Origin: an uncultured Pseudomonadota bacterium
Lineage (GTDB): Bacteria > Babelota > Babeliae > Babelales > UBA12411
Assembly (NCBI GenBank): GCA_964491895.1
Contig: CAZBHK010000002.1
Location: 79,660-143,659, forward strand
Direction: 5' to 3'
DNA length: 64,000 bases
The notes under the pieces are model-generated. The model saw only the letters and a program-made list of their open reading frames with translations, did no database searches and had not been told where the DNA came from. Shown in pieces: positions 1 through 7,916 of this stretch. Numbering within the stretch: the first letter of the stretch is position 1; each line of letters starts with the position of its first letter. Position numbers and translations under genes: made by a program.

Positions 1-1420
1 TCTTACAATCATACCTGTAATAAATAAGATTGATCTTCCAGCTGCTGATCCTGAACGTATAGCCCTACAAATGGAAAAAGCTTTTGATATTAAAAAAGAA
101 GAATTAATTTTAACTTCCGCTAAAACTGGTGTTGGGATAGACAAGCTTTTACCTGCCATAGTAGAACACATTACATATCCAAAAGGTGATGAAAACAAAC
201 CGCTCAAGGCTTTACTATTTGATTCTTGGTATGATGAATACCGTGGAGTAATATGCTTAATAGAAGTTGTTGACGGATGTTTAAAAAAGGGTGAGAAAAT
301 TGTAGCAGCACATTCTGGTGGAATTTATGAAATATTAGACATTGGCATCATGCATCCAGATCCAGAGCCAACCGATGAGCTTTATACCGGCCAAGTAGGA
401 TTTCTAATCACAGGAATGAAAACAGTTAAAGAGACAAGAATCGGTGACACATTTTATCACGTTGGAAAACCGGTAGAAGCACTTCCAGGATTCAAAGCTG
501 CAAAACCTATGGTATTCGCAGGAATATATCCAACAGATGCCTCTGAATTTGAAGACTTAAGAGATGCTATAGAAAAATTAACATTAAATGATGCCAGTAT
601 ACACGTAGAAAAAGAAAGCTCTGCTGCTCTAGGTATAGGTTTCAGGTGTGGATTCTTGGGATTACTACATATGGATGTATTTAAACAAAGACTTGAACAA
701 GAATATAACATAACCATAATTGCAACATCGCCAACAGTTCCATTCAAAATTATATTAACTAATCATAAAGAAGAAATAGTTGATAACCCATCTAAATTTC
801 CCGACCAAGTCAAAATTGAAGAAATTTTGGAACCAATAGTCAACGCAACAATAATAACCCCCAAAGAATACCTTGGTGCTATATTAACTCTTTGTGAAGA
901 AAGACGGGGTACTCAAATAGATATGTCCTACCTGGATGAAAATCGTACTATTATTCAATATAAGCTACCATTAAATGAAATTGTTACAGACTTCTATGAT
1001 AAACTTAAATCTATAAGTGCTGGCTACGCCTCCTTTGATTATGATACTGCTGGATATGAAGCATCAGACTTAGTCAAGATGAACATTTTATTAAATGATA
1101 AACCTGTTGATGCTCTTTCGGTTATCGTCCACAAGGACAAGGCCTACTATCTAGGTAGAAAGCTTGTAGAACGACTCAAGACTGTCATACATAGACAAAT
1201 GTTTGAAGTCATAATTCAAGCAGCTATAGGTGCAAAAATTATAGCTAGAGAACGTATCTCACCATTAAGAAAAAATGTTATAGCTAAATGCTATGGTGGT
1301 GATATAAGCCGAAAACGAAAACTTCTAGAGAAACAAAAAGCAGGTAAAAAGAAAATGAAACAAGTGGGTAATGTTGAAGTCCCACAAGAAGCATTTTTGA
1401 CCATTCTTAAGGGAGAATAG
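1..1420 (+). CDS. lepA: Elongation factor 4 (LepA), 5'-truncated by window edge
   Basis: The frame is open from nt 2 (LTIIPVINKIDLPAADPERI, the GTPase NKxD region) and runs continuously into track ORF 71-1420. It ends in the LepA-type C-terminal tail AKCYGGDISRKRKLLEKQKAGKKKMK. Confidence 0.95.
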   Translation, partial: LTIIPVINKIDLPAADPERIALQMEKAFDIKKEELILTSAKTGVGIDKLLPAIVEHITYPKGDENKPLKALLFDSWYDEYRGVICLIEVVDGCLKKGEKIVAAHSGGIYEILDIGIMHPDPEPTDELYTGQVGFLITGMKTVKETRIGDTFYHVGKPVEALPGFKAAKPMVFAGIYPTDASEFEDLRDAIEKLTLNDASIHVEKESSAALGIGFRCGFLGLLHMDVFKQRLEQEYNITIIATSPTVPFKIILTNHKEEIVDNPSKFPDQVKIEEILEPIVNATIITPKEYLGAILTLCEERRGTQIDMSYLDENRTIIQYKLPLNEIVTDFYDKLKSISAGYASFDYDTAGYEASDLVKMNILLNDKPVDALSVIVHKDKAYYLGRKLVERLKTVIHRQMFEVIIQAAIGAKIIARERISPLRKNVIAKCYGGDISRKRKLLEKQKAGKKKMKQVGNVEVPQEAFLTILKGE

Positions 1421-1517
1421 AGACCTTTGGCTGTTGCGATTTTTTAGTACAAATTGTAGACTGATGTTATATATTTTTGCCAAAAATGTATAAAAATAGG
1501 CAAAACCTGGAGTTTTT

Positions 1518-1961
1518 ATGAAAAGAAAGAAGGGTTATTTTTCTATATCTGCGGTTGCTAGCATGCTATCCGTCCATCAACAGACTATAAGGATGTATGA
1601 GAAAGAAGGTCTTATTGCACCTAAAAGGTCTGATGGCAATACACGCCTATTTTCAGAAGAAGATATCGATAAGCTTGAAGAAATCATCTATTTAACACAC
1701 AAAGTTGGTGTTAACATGATCGGTGTTGAAACCATCTTAAGACTACAAAAAAAAATAGAAACCCTTCAAGAAGAAGTAAATAAACTTTTTCAACAAACAC
1801 AAGGCCAACTTCAAGAAGAAACTTCTACATATAAGCAAGAAATCAAACAACATATTAGCGATCTACATGCCTTAAAAAAACAAAAAGCTATAAAGCTTGA
1901 AAATGAAGAAAAAAAAGAACATCAAAATGAAGTTGATGAATGGAAAATTGAATACGAATAA
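1518..1961 (+). CDS. hspR: MerR-family regulator, HspR-like heat-shock repressor
   Basis: The N-terminal MerR HTH (YFSISAVASMLSVHQQTIRMYEKEGLIAPKRSDGNTRLFSEEDIDKLEEI) follows the HspR pattern. The C-terminus is coiled-coil. A GGAG SD lies upstream, and the gene sits immediately upstream of htpX. Confidence 0.7.
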   Translation: MKRKKGYFSISAVASMLSVHQQTIRMYEKEGLIAPKRSDGNTRLFSEEDIDKLEEIIYLTHKVGVNMIGVETILRLQKKIETLQEEVNKLFQQTQGQLQEETSTYKQEIKQHISDLHALKKQKAIKLENEEKKEHQNEVDEWKIEYE

Positions 1962-1972
1962 TGAGGTAACTT

Positions 1973-2827
1973 ATGATCCTAAATCAAATGAAAACAGCTA
2001 TCCTATTAGCTAGTTTAAGTTCACTACTATTTCTTGCAGGTTATTTTATAGGTGGATATACAGGCTTATACGTAGCCTTTACAATAGCTATTTTTATGAA
2101 TTTTATAAGCTATTTTTTTTCCGATAAAATAGTACTAAGTATGTACGGAGCTCAGCCATTAAATAAAGATGATTATGGTCATATATATGATATGGTTCAT
2201 GAGCTATCCCAAGATATGAACATTCCTATGCCTAAGCTATGGTATCTAAAAAATACTATGGCTAATGCATTTGCAACCGGAAGAAACCCTAAACATGCTT
2301 CCATTGCCGTCACACAAGGCATATTAGATATCTTGGATTATAGTGAACTACGAGGCGTTCTTTCACATGAGCTCTCACATATTAAGAATAGAGATATCTT
2401 AGTTGGAACAGTTGCAGCTACTATAGCAATGGCTATAGGTTATCTAGCTGACATGTTTAGATGGTCTCTTATTTTCGGTGGTAACCGTGATTCTAAAGAT
2501 AGAAGTGGAACACTTGGTGCTATTGTTATAGCTATACTTATGCCAATAGCAGCAATGCTTATACAACTAGCTATTTCAAGATCTCGTGAATACCTTGCTG
2601 ATGAAACAGGTGCTAAATGTAGTAAAGATCCATTAGCCCTAGCGTCTGCTCTAGAAAAACTTTCTACAAGTGCCTCAATACATAAAGAAGCACCTACTTC
2701 TCCTACTCAAGCAGCAACTGCCAGCTTATTTATTGTTTATCCATTCTCTGGATCAGGTTGGATCAACCTTTTTTCTACACATCCACCAATGGAAAAACGA
2801 ATCCAAAAACTTAGAAAAATGGCATAA
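1973..2827 (+). CDS. htpX: Membrane zinc metalloprotease HtpX (M48 family)
   Basis: N-terminal TM helices, an HExxH motif (SHELSHIKNRD), a downstream glutamate region (REYLADETGA), and a GAGG SD upstream. Confidence 0.9.
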   Translation: MILNQMKTAILLASLSSLLFLAGYFIGGYTGLYVAFTIAIFMNFISYFFSDKIVLSMYGAQPLNKDDYGHIYDMVHELSQDMNIPMPKLWYLKNTMANAFATGRNPKHASIAVTQGILDILDYSELRGVLSHELSHIKNRDILVGTVAATIAMAIGYLADMFRWSLIFGGNRDSKDRSGTLGAIVIAILMPIAAMLIQLAISRSREYLADETGAKCSKDPLALASALEKLSTSASIHKEAPTSPTQAATASLFIVYPFSGSGWINLFSTHPPMEKRIQKLRKMA

Positions 2828-2916
2828 TATTACAGAAAACAACAATTTTAATTAATATCTTCTCAATTATTATTCTTCTAAATTAAAAAACATAATCAAA
2901 CTCTATATTAATTTAA

Positions 2917-2944
2917 AAAAGTATTGCTATTTGGCAATACTTTT
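2917..2944 (+). terminator. Rho-independent terminator-like hairpin after htpX
   Basis: Perfect 11-bp stem, aaaagtattgc (2917-2927) pairing with gcaatactttt (2934-2944), with a 6-nt loop. The 3' arm ends in a T-run. Confidence 0.6.
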
Positions 2945-2989
2945 CTGTATTTTAAATAGTAGGAGAACTTGTGATGTAAAAGGGGAAGT

Positions 2990-4042
2990 ATGATATTTAA
3001 AATAATAAGGTGGGTAAAATTTTTTATAGCAATTCTGGTGGTATTCAATGCTTTCCAAATATTCTTTATTGGACCATCAAAAGCATATGATCCGTTAGAG
3101 TTGGTGCGTCGTGATGAAACCTATTTTAAAGCTATTAATGAAGTTGATAAAAGTAATCACTCCATAGATGGCTCTACTACTCAAAAAGTTTCATTCTTAG
3201 CAAAAAAACAAGATGAATCTAATGAAACAATAACTCGAACTGGCCTTTTGACTCTACGTCCTAGAGCAAAAGGAACAGTTTTAATTTGTCATGGCTATAC
3301 ATGTAATAAATTTGATGTCATCTTTCTACGAACATTTTTCCCAGAACATAACTGTTTTATTTTTGATTTTCGTGCACATGGTGAACAAATAGAAAATCAA
3401 TTATGCACATTCGGTAAAGATGAAGTCTATGATATTATGGGAGCAGTAGACTTTATAAAAAATAATCCTACTTTAAAAAAACAAAAATTATATGGATATG
3501 GCTTTTCAATGGGAGCAGCAAGTTTAATCGAAGCTGAAGCACGTAAAAAAATATTTGATGCCCTTATTCTAGATTGCCCATTTGATAACACAGAAAGCAT
3601 TGTAGATGCTGGACTTGAACGATTATACCTAAATGTCTTTGGTTATTCTGTTGCTATGCCAGGGAAAATGATACTTAAAAACTTAGCTTTTAATACCTAC
3701 GCTCAGCCTGTAATAAAATTTTTATTTAAAGCATTTGGCATGGATGCAACTAAGATAAATTCTCGCCTAGAACGAGTATCGCCCGTAGACTCTATTAAAA
3801 AAATTTCTATACCATGCTTTTTCATACACTGCAAAAATGATGAAAAAATATCACTTGGTGCAGTAAAAAAAATCTTTGAAAGAGCAGCTGGTTTTAAAAA
3901 AATGTGGGTAACCAATGGAAGAGGTCATTGCGATTCATTCTTTTTTAATCCAGAAAAATATAAAAGAAATATCAACAATTTCTTGGAGACTGCTGGCAAC
4001 TTTTTCCAAGGGAAATCAGGATACATAGAAGAAGACGTATGA
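2990..4042 (+). CDS. Membrane-anchored alpha/beta-hydrolase (serine hydrolase)
   Basis: N-terminal TM helix (FFIAILVVFNAFQIFFIG). It has an HG oxyanion-like motif (LICHGYT), a GxSxG nucleophile elbow (GFSMGA), and a C-terminal GRGH likely carrying the catalytic His. Confidence 0.75.
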   Translation: MIFKIIRWVKFFIAILVVFNAFQIFFIGPSKAYDPLELVRRDETYFKAINEVDKSNHSIDGSTTQKVSFLAKKQDESNETITRTGLLTLRPRAKGTVLICHGYTCNKFDVIFLRTFFPEHNCFIFDFRAHGEQIENQLCTFGKDEVYDIMGAVDFIKNNPTLKKQKLYGYGFSMGAASLIEAEARKKIFDALILDCPFDNTESIVDAGLERLYLNVFGYSVAMPGKMILKNLAFNTYAQPVIKFLFKAFGMDATKINSRLERVSPVDSIKKISIPCFFIHCKNDEKISLGAVKKIFERAAGFKKMWVTNGRGHCDSFFFNPEKYKRNINNFLETAGNFFQGKSGYIEEDV

Positions 4043-4680
4043 AAAAATTAATCCTTATACTGGTTATAACATTCCTATCCCCCATTTATGCTATAACCAG
4101 TATAAATTCTATCTCTCAATTCTATAACAAACTTAAAGATAAAGAACTTCTTATCGCATATTTTTATACTGAAAATAAAGATCTTAAAAAGGATAAAAAT
4201 AACTATGAAAAATTTAAATGGGATTCAAAAATGTTTAAAACAACTGATAAGATGGAAAAATTTGTATACTTTATCTCAATAAATATAGATAAACCAAAAC
4301 TTCGAGAAATAGCTAATATGTATAACCTTGATATAAAGCATACTCCTGTCTTTGTACTTTTCAATAATTCAACTAAAGTCGCAGAACAATATCTAACACA
4401 AGGTAATGTAACAGTCGGAATACTACAAGAATTTATCCAACTTTATTTTAAAACTCAACTTGATAAAAAAATAAAAGAAAAACAACTAGAACGAGAACAA
4501 GAATCCGCACTTATAGAAAGTGCTTATTATGGTCCATTTATTTATCGCCATGGTTATGAAAGATATGACTACTGTCAATACCATCATGGATACCACTCAT
4601 ATAGATATAACTGTCCACATGATTATTACCATAGACCTTACTATCGAAGATCAGGATTTCATATAGGCATAGGCTTCTAA
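4039..4680 (+). CDS. Secreted thioredoxin-fold-like protein lacking CxxC, with Tyr/His/Arg-rich C-terminal tail
   Basis: Signal peptide MKKLILILVITFLSPIYA. The layout is Trx-like (LLIAYFYTENKD ... NIDKPKLREIANMYNLDIKHTPVFVLFNN), but the CxxC position is not Cys. The tail reads YYGPFIYRHGYERYDYCQYHHGYHSYRYNCPHDYYHRPYYRR. The start overlaps the upstream stop as ATGA. Confidence 0.5.
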   Translation: MKKLILILVITFLSPIYAITSINSISQFYNKLKDKELLIAYFYTENKDLKKDKNNYEKFKWDSKMFKTTDKMEKFVYFISINIDKPKLREIANMYNLDIKHTPVFVLFNNSTKVAEQYLTQGNVTVGILQEFIQLYFKTQLDKKIKEKQLEREQESALIESAYYGPFIYRHGYERYDYCQYHHGYHSYRYNCPHDYYHRPYYRRSGFHIGIGF

Positions 4681-4813
4681 ATTTCAACCAAAAAGCCAAA
4701 GTGATTCAATTTTTCTTTAAAAATCCCTATACTGAGAAATAACATAATAAAATACACTCAATCCTATTCTTGGAAGTGGATTTTTTTAATAATAAACCAA
4801 GAGGAGGCTACAA

Positions 4814-5257
4814 ATGTCAAACCTACTATTATCCTTTGAACTACTTTATTTAATTGATTGGCTACTAAAAAATGAAAAGAAAAGCCTACATAAGCTCATT
4901 AAACAAGCTGTAGATAACGGTTTTGCAATAGAACTAAACAAAATTACTAGTCCACCAACATCACAAACAAGTGAAGCCTTGCAAAATACATTCTTAGATT
5001 TCATTACCCATATAGAAGATGCGCTTTTAGATAGCTTAGATAACATAGAAAAACGTGAAGACATAGAACATGGCTTAATGAGTGCTTTCAATAATCTAAA
5101 CATTAATAATATTCCATCAACTATTATATTATCTAGCTTAAGACAAGCAGAAATGGAACTTAGAAAACAAAATATAACCAATAAACAAGCTAGTCAAAAG
5201 GTATTATTAAAAAAGATATTGAAAAATTGGGAACCAACAGAACAAGATATTAATTAG
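4814..5257 (+). CDS. Hypothetical acidic helical protein
   Basis: Strong SD (AAGAGGAGG) 5-6 nt upstream of the ATG. There is no signal peptide and I recognise no motif. Confidence 0.5.
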   Translation: MSNLLLSFELLYLIDWLLKNEKKSLHKLIKQAVDNGFAIELNKITSPPTSQTSEALQNTFLDFITHIEDALLDSLDNIEKREDIEHGLMSAFNNLNINNIPSTIILSSLRQAEMELRKQNITNKQASQKVLLKKILKNWEPTEQDIN

Positions 5258-5868
5258 AAAATAAACCCCATAACCTTTAATGCGTTACGTACTTCATATA
5301 TAGGCAACCCAATTACGGTTGAATATGAACCATTAATATTTTTCAAAAAATTTTCACCTATGCCTTCTATTGTTGCCGCACCACAACATGTCATAGCACC
5401 TGGAACCATATTTAAATATGGTTCAATCTCTTTATCTTCAAGACAATATTCTACTGTTGCACTTACAATAAGTTTGGTTTGTGACTCTATCTGCCATTTA
5501 CTATTAAAAACTCTTTTTTCTACCACACAACCAGTGGTTACCAAGATAGGCTCTTTACTAATAAGCTTTAGCATACGCTTAGCATCTTCAAAGTCTTCTG
5601 GTTTACCTAAGATATGACCTGCACTATTAACCAAAGTATCTGCTGTAAGTAAAAATATAGGCTTTGCTTTAATAGCTTGTGAGTCCGGCAATACAGCATG
5701 CTTCATCTTTTCTTCTGCAATAGAAAGTACATAATTTTCAAAATCTAATGTTGACTTAACACTAAGTTCATCAGCATCATGTCTCAATACTTCATACTTA
5801 ATCCCACAACGAGAAAGTAATGCTTGTCTACCCTTAGATTGAGAAGCTATATATAAAATATCATTCAT
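5254..5868 (-). CDS. maf: Maf-like nucleoside triphosphate pyrophosphatase
   Basis: Maf pattern: LYIASQSKGRQALLSRCGIKYEVLRHDADE at the N-terminus, and a C-terminal YSTVIGLPIYE. Confidence 0.85.
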   Translation of the reverse strand: MNDILYIASQSKGRQALLSRCGIKYEVLRHDADELSVKSTLDFENYVLSIAEEKMKHAVLPDSQAIKAKPIFLLTADTLVNSAGHILGKPEDFEDAKRMLKLISKEPILVTTGCVVEKRVFNSKWQIESQTKLIVSATVEYCLEDKEIEPYLNMVPGAMTCCGAATIEGIGENFLKNINGSYSTVIGLPIYEVRNALKVMGFIF

Positions 5869-5915
5869 TTACTCACTAAGCTTATCTCTAATTTTTTTTG
5901 ATATAATTTCTAGAC

Positions 5916-6302
5916 TTAATATCCTGCTGCTTCTAATCTTTTATGAATTTCATCCATTATAAATGCACACTCTCTATAAACTTTTACATTATGAACAACT
6001 GCATCCGATCTAAGAACTCTTAGCTCAGTAAATAAGTAATTTAAATCAATCACTCTTCTTTCATTATAAAATAAATTATTATCAACTATATGAATAAGGT
6101 CAGACTGCAACAACTGAGTCATATCATATGTTATTGCTTTTATATGTTTATAACGCTTTATAATTTTAGCTTTTGGAACAAGTTGTAAATCAACTTGTTT
6201 TTTCATAACTTTATCAACTAATCTTGATACATCATCTTCATTTATAGCAAAAATAGATGATATAGAAAGAATTGCTCCTAAAACTAATAACTTCTTAACC
6301 AT
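5916..6302 (-). CDS. Small secreted protein, paralog A of a tandem pair
   Basis: Signal peptide MVKKLLVLGAILSISSIFA. It aligns along its full length with the neighbouring ORF 6332-6733. Confidence 0.6.
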   Translation of the reverse strand: MVKKLLVLGAILSISSIFAINEDDVSRLVDKVMKKQVDLQLVPKAKIIKRYKHIKAITYDMTQLLQSDLIHIVDNNLFYNERRVIDLNYLFTELRVLRSDAVVHNVKVYRECAFIMDEIHKRLEAAGY

Positions 6303-6325
6303 AATATTTAATCCTTATATTTTAA
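6241..6325. repeat. Duplicated 5' gene end plus leader, copy 1 (pairs with 6672-6756)
   Basis: About 85 nt, near-identical by eye to 6672-6756. The repeat covers the signal-peptide codons, the start codon and the AAGGA SD region (cataatatttaatccttatatttt). Confidence 0.8.
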
Positions 6326-6331
6326 ATATTA

Positions 6332-6733
6332 TTAACGTACTACAATTACTGGTCTTCTTAAGACCCTACGAAGCCTATCATCCATTAATAAACTCCATCT
6401 AGCAATTTTTATATGATTAATTTGTGTGCCTATACGAAGACTCCTCAGTTCTGTACGTAACCAATTTACATCAATCACTTTTATCCCATTATGCAATATG
6501 GTCCAATCATTCATAATAAGAGATCCTGATTCAGACTGTAACAAATTAATCGTAGCAGATGTTATTGCATTCATATATTTATAACGCCTTAAAGACTCGT
6601 CTTGTAGAGTATATGCTAAATCAACTTGATTTTGCCTAACTTTATCAACTAATTTTAATACTTCATCTTCATCTATAGCAAAAATGGATGACATAGAAAA
6701 AATTGCACCTAAAACTAATAACTTCTTAATCAT
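6332..6733 (-). CDS. Small secreted protein, paralog B of a tandem pair
   Basis: Signal peptide MIKKLLVLGAIFSMSSIFA. Blocks shared with paralog A include VDKV, QVDL, RYK, AIT, LLQS, VID.N and TELR.LR. Confidence 0.6.
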   Translation of the reverse strand: MIKKLLVLGAIFSMSSIFAIDEDEVLKLVDKVRQNQVDLAYTLQDESLRRYKYMNAITSATINLLQSESGSLIMNDWTILHNGIKVIDVNWLRTELRSLRIGTQINHIKIARWSLLMDDRLRRVLRRPVIVVR

Positions 6734-6756
6734 AATATTTAATCCTTATATTTTTA
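6672..6756. repeat. Duplicated 5' gene end plus leader, copy 2
   Basis: See 6241-6325. Only a handful of mismatches over about 85 nt. Confidence 0.8.
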
Positions 6757-6818
6757 AAAAAGCCCTTAAAAGCAATGATTATTCTAACTTATAAATTCAA
6801 AATTGTCACCTAATCGAC

Positions 6819-7679
6819 TTAATCAAACAATAATTCTTCTAAAATATCATTAATTGAATGAACTACTTTAGCACCCTGTTTAATTAAATCATGACAACCT
6901 TCAGAAAACTCATCAAAAATTGAACCAGGAATTGCAAAAACCTGTCTCCCCTGCTCTAAAGCAAACTGTGCTGTAATAGCAGCACCACTTTTTTTAGATG
7001 CCTGAAGTACTAAGCATCCTTTAGATAATCCAGCTATAACCCTATTTCTTGCTGGGAAATTCCACTTCAATGGTTGCGTTCTAAGAGCAAAAGAACTTAT
7101 AAGCGTCCCTCCATTATTAATAACTTTTTTAAAAAGTTCATTATTACTTACTGGATATGGAGACAGTAAGCCTGATCCCAAAACAACAATCGTCTTACCC
7201 TTAACTTCTAATGCAGCCTTATGTGCCATAGAATCAGCACCTATCGCGCCACCACTCACAATAGTAAAATCATTTTTAACTAACTCAGGAACCAAGTAAT
7301 TACAAACCTTTTCTGAATAACTGTTAGCCTTACGTGAACCAACAATGGCAAGCTTAGACTCTTCACCAAGCTCTTCACCTTTATAATACAAAATAACTGG
7401 TGGTAAATATATTTGCTTAAGTAACTTAGGATAATTATTATCAAAAATTGTTACAATCCCAACCTTGTACTTATCTATTAAAAAAAGCTCATCTTCTAAA
7501 AGTTTTTTATTTTCAATACCCTCTATAATAGCTACAGATTGCTGAGCAGAAAAACCTACATTCAAAAGGTCGTTAATATTAATATTAAAATTGTCAAACT
7601 TAGAAAGGAATTTTATAATAGCAGCGGGTCCAATATTTGGAAGAAGTGATAAATGTAAAATATCTAATGACGTCAACAT
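6819..7679 (-). CDS. dprA: DNA processing protein DprA (Smf)
   Basis: Rossmann-like DprA core: IVGSRKANSY ... SGGAIGADSMAHKAALE ... VLGSGL ... NFPARNRVIAGLS. Confidence 0.9.
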   Translation of the reverse strand: MLTSLDILHLSLLPNIGPAAIIKFLSKFDNFNININDLLNVGFSAQQSVAIIEGIENKKLLEDELFLIDKYKVGIVTIFDNNYPKLLKQIYLPPVILYYKGEELGEESKLAIVGSRKANSYSEKVCNYLVPELVKNDFTIVSGGAIGADSMAHKAALEVKGKTIVVLGSGLLSPYPVSNNELFKKVINNGGTLISSFALRTQPLKWNFPARNRVIAGLSKGCLVLQASKKSGAAITAQFALEQGRQVFAIPGSIFDEFSEGCHDLIKQGAKVVHSINDILEELLFD

Positions 7680-7855
7680 TATTTAATAGATATGTATAAA
7701 TAGACCTCTTTATCTATGGTATTAATGTCATAAACTTCAAAATCCTGAGTAAAAACTCTTTCAAAATTTAACTTAGAATTCCATAAATCATTCCAAAAAT
7801 TTATCAATGTTATTGGCATAGGTCCATTTCGTGATATAACAAATGTAGGATTCAT
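7679..7855 (-). CDS. Candidate 58-aa ORF translationally coupled to dprA
   Basis: Hand translation: MNPTFVISRNGPMPITLINFWNDLWNSKLNFERVFTQDFEVYDINTIDKEVYLYISIK. Its TAA stop shares one nt with the dprA ATG (TAATG). It fills the gyrA-dprA gap and is below the size cut-off of the ORF track. Confidence 0.4.
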   Translation of the reverse strand: MNPTFVISRNGPMPITLINFWNDLWNSKLNFERVFTQDFEVYDINTIDKEVYLYISIK

Positions 7856-7916
7856 TTTCTCTTTTTTTTAATAAGAGAAAGCCTCCCAATAATAGAAGAC
7901 TTTCTATATATAAAAT

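Noticed and set aside
457-747. Antisense or alternate-frame ORFs from the track that lie inside strong genes. Examples: 457-747, 2670-2855, 3703-3915, 4846-5181, 5360-5617, 8053-8400, 9289-9498, 10046-10237, 10771-10986, 12248-12430, 14816-15010, 15298-15516.
   Set aside because: Each lies wholly within a CDS that has clear family motifs on the other strand or frame. Their compositions are low-complexity mirror images and they have no SD or independent support.
1421-1517. Canonical HAIR operator (CTTGAGT-N7-ACTCAAG) upstream of the HspR-like gene.
   Set aside because: It is not present. Only the unrelated TTTTGCC-N17-GGCAAAA repeat was found.
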